A DNA stretch of 64,000 bases from an uncultured Candidatus Saccharibacteria bacterium (GTDB taxonomy: Bacteria; Patescibacteriota; Saccharimonadia; Saccharimonadales; Saccharimonadaceae): the NCBI GenBank assembly GCA_964619585.1, contig CAZUCO010000003.1, forward strand, positions 11,304 through 75,303, in the 5' to 3' direction. Shown here one piece after another: positions 62,118 to 64,000 of this stretch (position 1 is the first letter of the stretch; every line of letters begins with the position of its first letter). The position numbers and the translations under genes are program-made. The notes under the pieces were generated by a model. The model was not told where the DNA came from, searched no databases, and saw only the letters and a list, made by a program, of their open reading frames with translations.

Positions 62118-62786
62118 ATGAAGAAAGTCCTCTTTGGCATTTTTGCCCACCCAGACGATGAAGCATTTGGTCCGGCAGGGACACTACTGAAACTAAGAGA
62201 TGAAGGCTACGATATTCATCTCATCTTGCTCACCGATGGTGATGCAGGAGTGAATATCGATAACGTCCCTGATCTTGGCTTGACACGGCTGGGCGAGTGG
62301 CAAGCCTCAGCAAACATCCTTGGTGCTTCGTCGACTCATGCGCTTCACTATCCTGACGGCACACTAGAAAACGTCCCTAGCACCGAACTTGATGAAACAG
62401 TTACCAGTATCATTACCCACACAATCGAAACCTACACCGAGTCTGTAGAGATAGCATTTATGACATTTGAGCCCCGTGGCTTGACTGGCCACCGCGATCA
62501 CATCGCAGCATCAGAGCTCACGATGCGGATGACGGCACTATTCAACAACCGCACTGTTTGGTATTTCTGTCTCGACAGTACACAGGCACCTCTAGAAGAC
62601 ACTGCTTATTATCAACCCCAAGCGCGCGACGACGAATATATCACCGACAAAATCGATGTATCTGTCTACCTACCAGATATATACCGAATGATCGACGCTC
62701 ATGTATCGCAACGTGAAGATGGCGCAAATAGAAAGGCGCTCGGTGCTGAGCGCCTTTCGGTAGAGTGCTTCCATATTGATCGCTAG
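62118..62786 (+). CDS. PIG-L / LmbE family deacetylase
   Basis: VLFGIFAHPDDEAFGPAG (AHPDDE motif) and the later HRDH motif. The start is at MKKV (62118). Confidence 0.75.
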   Translation: MKKVLFGIFAHPDDEAFGPAGTLLKLRDEGYDIHLILLTDGDAGVNIDNVPDLGLTRLGEWQASANILGASSTHALHYPDGTLENVPSTELDETVTSIITHTIETYTESVEIAFMTFEPRGLTGHRDHIAASELTMRMTALFNNRTVWYFCLDSTQAPLEDTAYYQPQARDDEYITDKIDVSVYLPDIYRMIDAHVSQREDGANRKALGAERLSVECFHIDR

Positions 62787-64000
62787 CTCTGGCCAGGAAT
62801 CTTGAACTGAGCGGGATCAGCTGCCTGAGGCTGAACAGGTGATGCCGGGCTTTGTACGGCTGGCATATCGCCAAACACCTGCCCTAGCTGCTCAGCTGGG
62901 GTGATAGGACTACCAGGCATTGGTGGAGGTGGTGGCGGAGGTAGCGCAGTAAAGTCTGGTGGAGCAATTGATGGTGGCGGAGGTAGTGGCATCGACGCCG
63001 GAGCTGGCGCCGTGTCATGCGGCACTTCTCCAAGCTGCTGTGCACCACTTGCCTCGAGTGGGTTATTTGCCGGGTTAAATGGCGCACTACCGTAGGCTGC
63101 CTCAACAGCTGCCATGGCATCACCATGAGAAGAGCGATTCTTGGTGTCAAGATCAGCCAACGTCTCGTGGATAGGCTCAATCGCCGGAGCAACTCCGGGA
63201 GCTGGCTCAGGTGCTGACATGAGTGGCTCAATATTTTGCTCGTCAGGATCAGACTGCATAGCAGCAGTAAAAGGCGGAGTAGATGCTGTCGAATTACTAG
63301 CTGGCTGGCTAGGAGAATCGTGCGAAAGGATCGTACGATTTCTTGATTGCTCAGCCTCGTGCTGCTTGTCGAGCGCGGCCTGCTCAGTAGTAGCGTTTAG
63401 CACTCCACCAAAGGTAGGTTCGTAGTCTGGTTTTGGAATCTCATTTGATACAGACTCCTTTTTGGCTGAATCTACTGTAGCCGCCTCTTCTACCTCAGCG
63501 CTCGCAGCAGCCAAGTCTTTTTGCAGATCAGCTACGGAAGGAGTAGCCGCGGCGACGGTACCACCGGTTTCTTGAGCAACAGACTGTAGCTGCGAAGCAA
63601 GTATGTCTTCAGCTTTTTCAGCCGCTTCAGCTGAACGCTCTTGCTGCACTTGATCGGCGACTTGCTCAGGAGTACCCTCGAGCTCATGGTTGATAGCTAG
63701 TGCACCATCTTCTTTGGGCGTTTCCGCTTTAGCTGCTTTTTTTGACTTCTTTGATTTGTTCTGGCGATCAATTTTACTGCTCGCGCCTTCGGCGAGATCA
63801 GTCGTACCGTCGTTGTTTTCCGGTGAAGCATCTTCTGTATCAGTAGCATTATCAGATGATATCTCATGAGCTTCTTCAAGTTTGGCTGCAATCAACTGTT
63901 GATTGGCACCAGCTGCCATCAGCTGCGCTGCCATTGTCATTACCTTTGAACTTGTCTTGTTGTTACTGAAACGATCAGTCGCTGAGACAATACCTGTCAA
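62783..64000 (-). CDS. Protein with a long acidic/Pro-rich disordered C-terminal tail (5' end outside the window); the N-terminal visible part is DHH/NrnA-like
   Basis: The open frame runs to the window edge. TGIVSATDRFSNNKTSSKVMTMAAQLMAAGANQQLIA resembles the DHH-family segment (TGIxTDTGxF). About 350 aa of low-complexity sequence follow, ending in PPPPSIAPPDFTALPPPPPPPMPG. Confidence 0.4.
   Translation of the reverse strand: MTGIVSATDRFSNNKTSSKVMTMAAQLMAAGANQQLIAAKLEEAHEISSDNATDTEDASPENNDGTTDLAEGASSKIDRQNKSKKSKKAAKAETPKEDGALAINHELEGTPEQVADQVQQERSAEAAEKAEDILASQLQSVAQETGGTVAAATPSVADLQKDLAAASAEVEEAATVDSAKKESVSNEIPKPDYEPTFGGVLNATTEQAALDKQHEAEQSRNRTILSHDSPSQPASNSTASTPPFTAAMQSDPDEQNIEPLMSAPEPAPGVAPAIEPIHETLADLDTKNRSSHGDAMAAVEAAYGSAPFNPANNPLEASGAQQLGEVPHDTAPAPASMPLPPPPSIAPPDFTALPPPPPPPMPGSPITPAEQLGQVFGDMPAVQSPASPVQPQAADPAQFKIPGQS

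Noticed and set aside
1-64000. CRISPR arrays, rRNA operons, IS elements or transposases, prophage genes and toxin-antitoxin pairs.
   Set aside because: Nothing was found on visual scanning. The only tandem repeats are the 21-bp (35445-35486) and 14-bp (52185-52212) duplications. No spaced direct-repeat arrays and no transposase-like ORFs are present.

Overview
The window is a compact, gene-dense and mostly minus-strand chromosome segment from a small-genome monoderm bacterium. By inference it is CPR / Saccharibacteria (TM7)-like. The supporting gene content is a complete type IV pilus (T4P) cluster with no secretin, a sortase, an Fe/Mn SOD, many membrane-anchored hypotheticals, almost no biosynthesis genes, and five tRNAs with encoded CCA.

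Housekeeping genes:
- Translation and RNA: infC-rpmI-rplT, rpmB, thrS, miaA, rpsF-ssb-rpsR, efp, rpsO, truB, RNase J, pnp, tlyA.
- DNA and nucleotide metabolism: comM, ftsK, UDG, ndk, hpt, xerC/D.
- Other: ychF, sodA, uppP.

RNA genes not in the ORF track: tmRNA (2901-3295), RNase P RNA (6062-6405), and tRNA-Pro, Val, Thr, Asp and Arg.

A 14-kb T4P operon spans 21354-35088. It is headed by an uncharacterised secreted protein of 715 aa with 18 cysteines.

Most interesting result: two ~0.8-0.95 kb high-GC single-gene cassettes (about 35143-35948 and 37431-38392) bracket the native ychF gene. Each encodes an exported or membrane-anchored protein with codon usage typical of high-GC Gram-positives. 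I read them as candidate horizontal acquisitions, possibly from an actinobacterial host. Assembly chimerism must be excluded first.

Second result: a T-box-like attenuator lies upstream of thrS. Its UGGA bulge matches the U73 discriminator of the tRNA-Thr encoded 3 kb away.

No CRISPR array, rRNA, transposase or prophage genes were seen. RNA ends, promoters and corrected starts are hand-derived and approximate.
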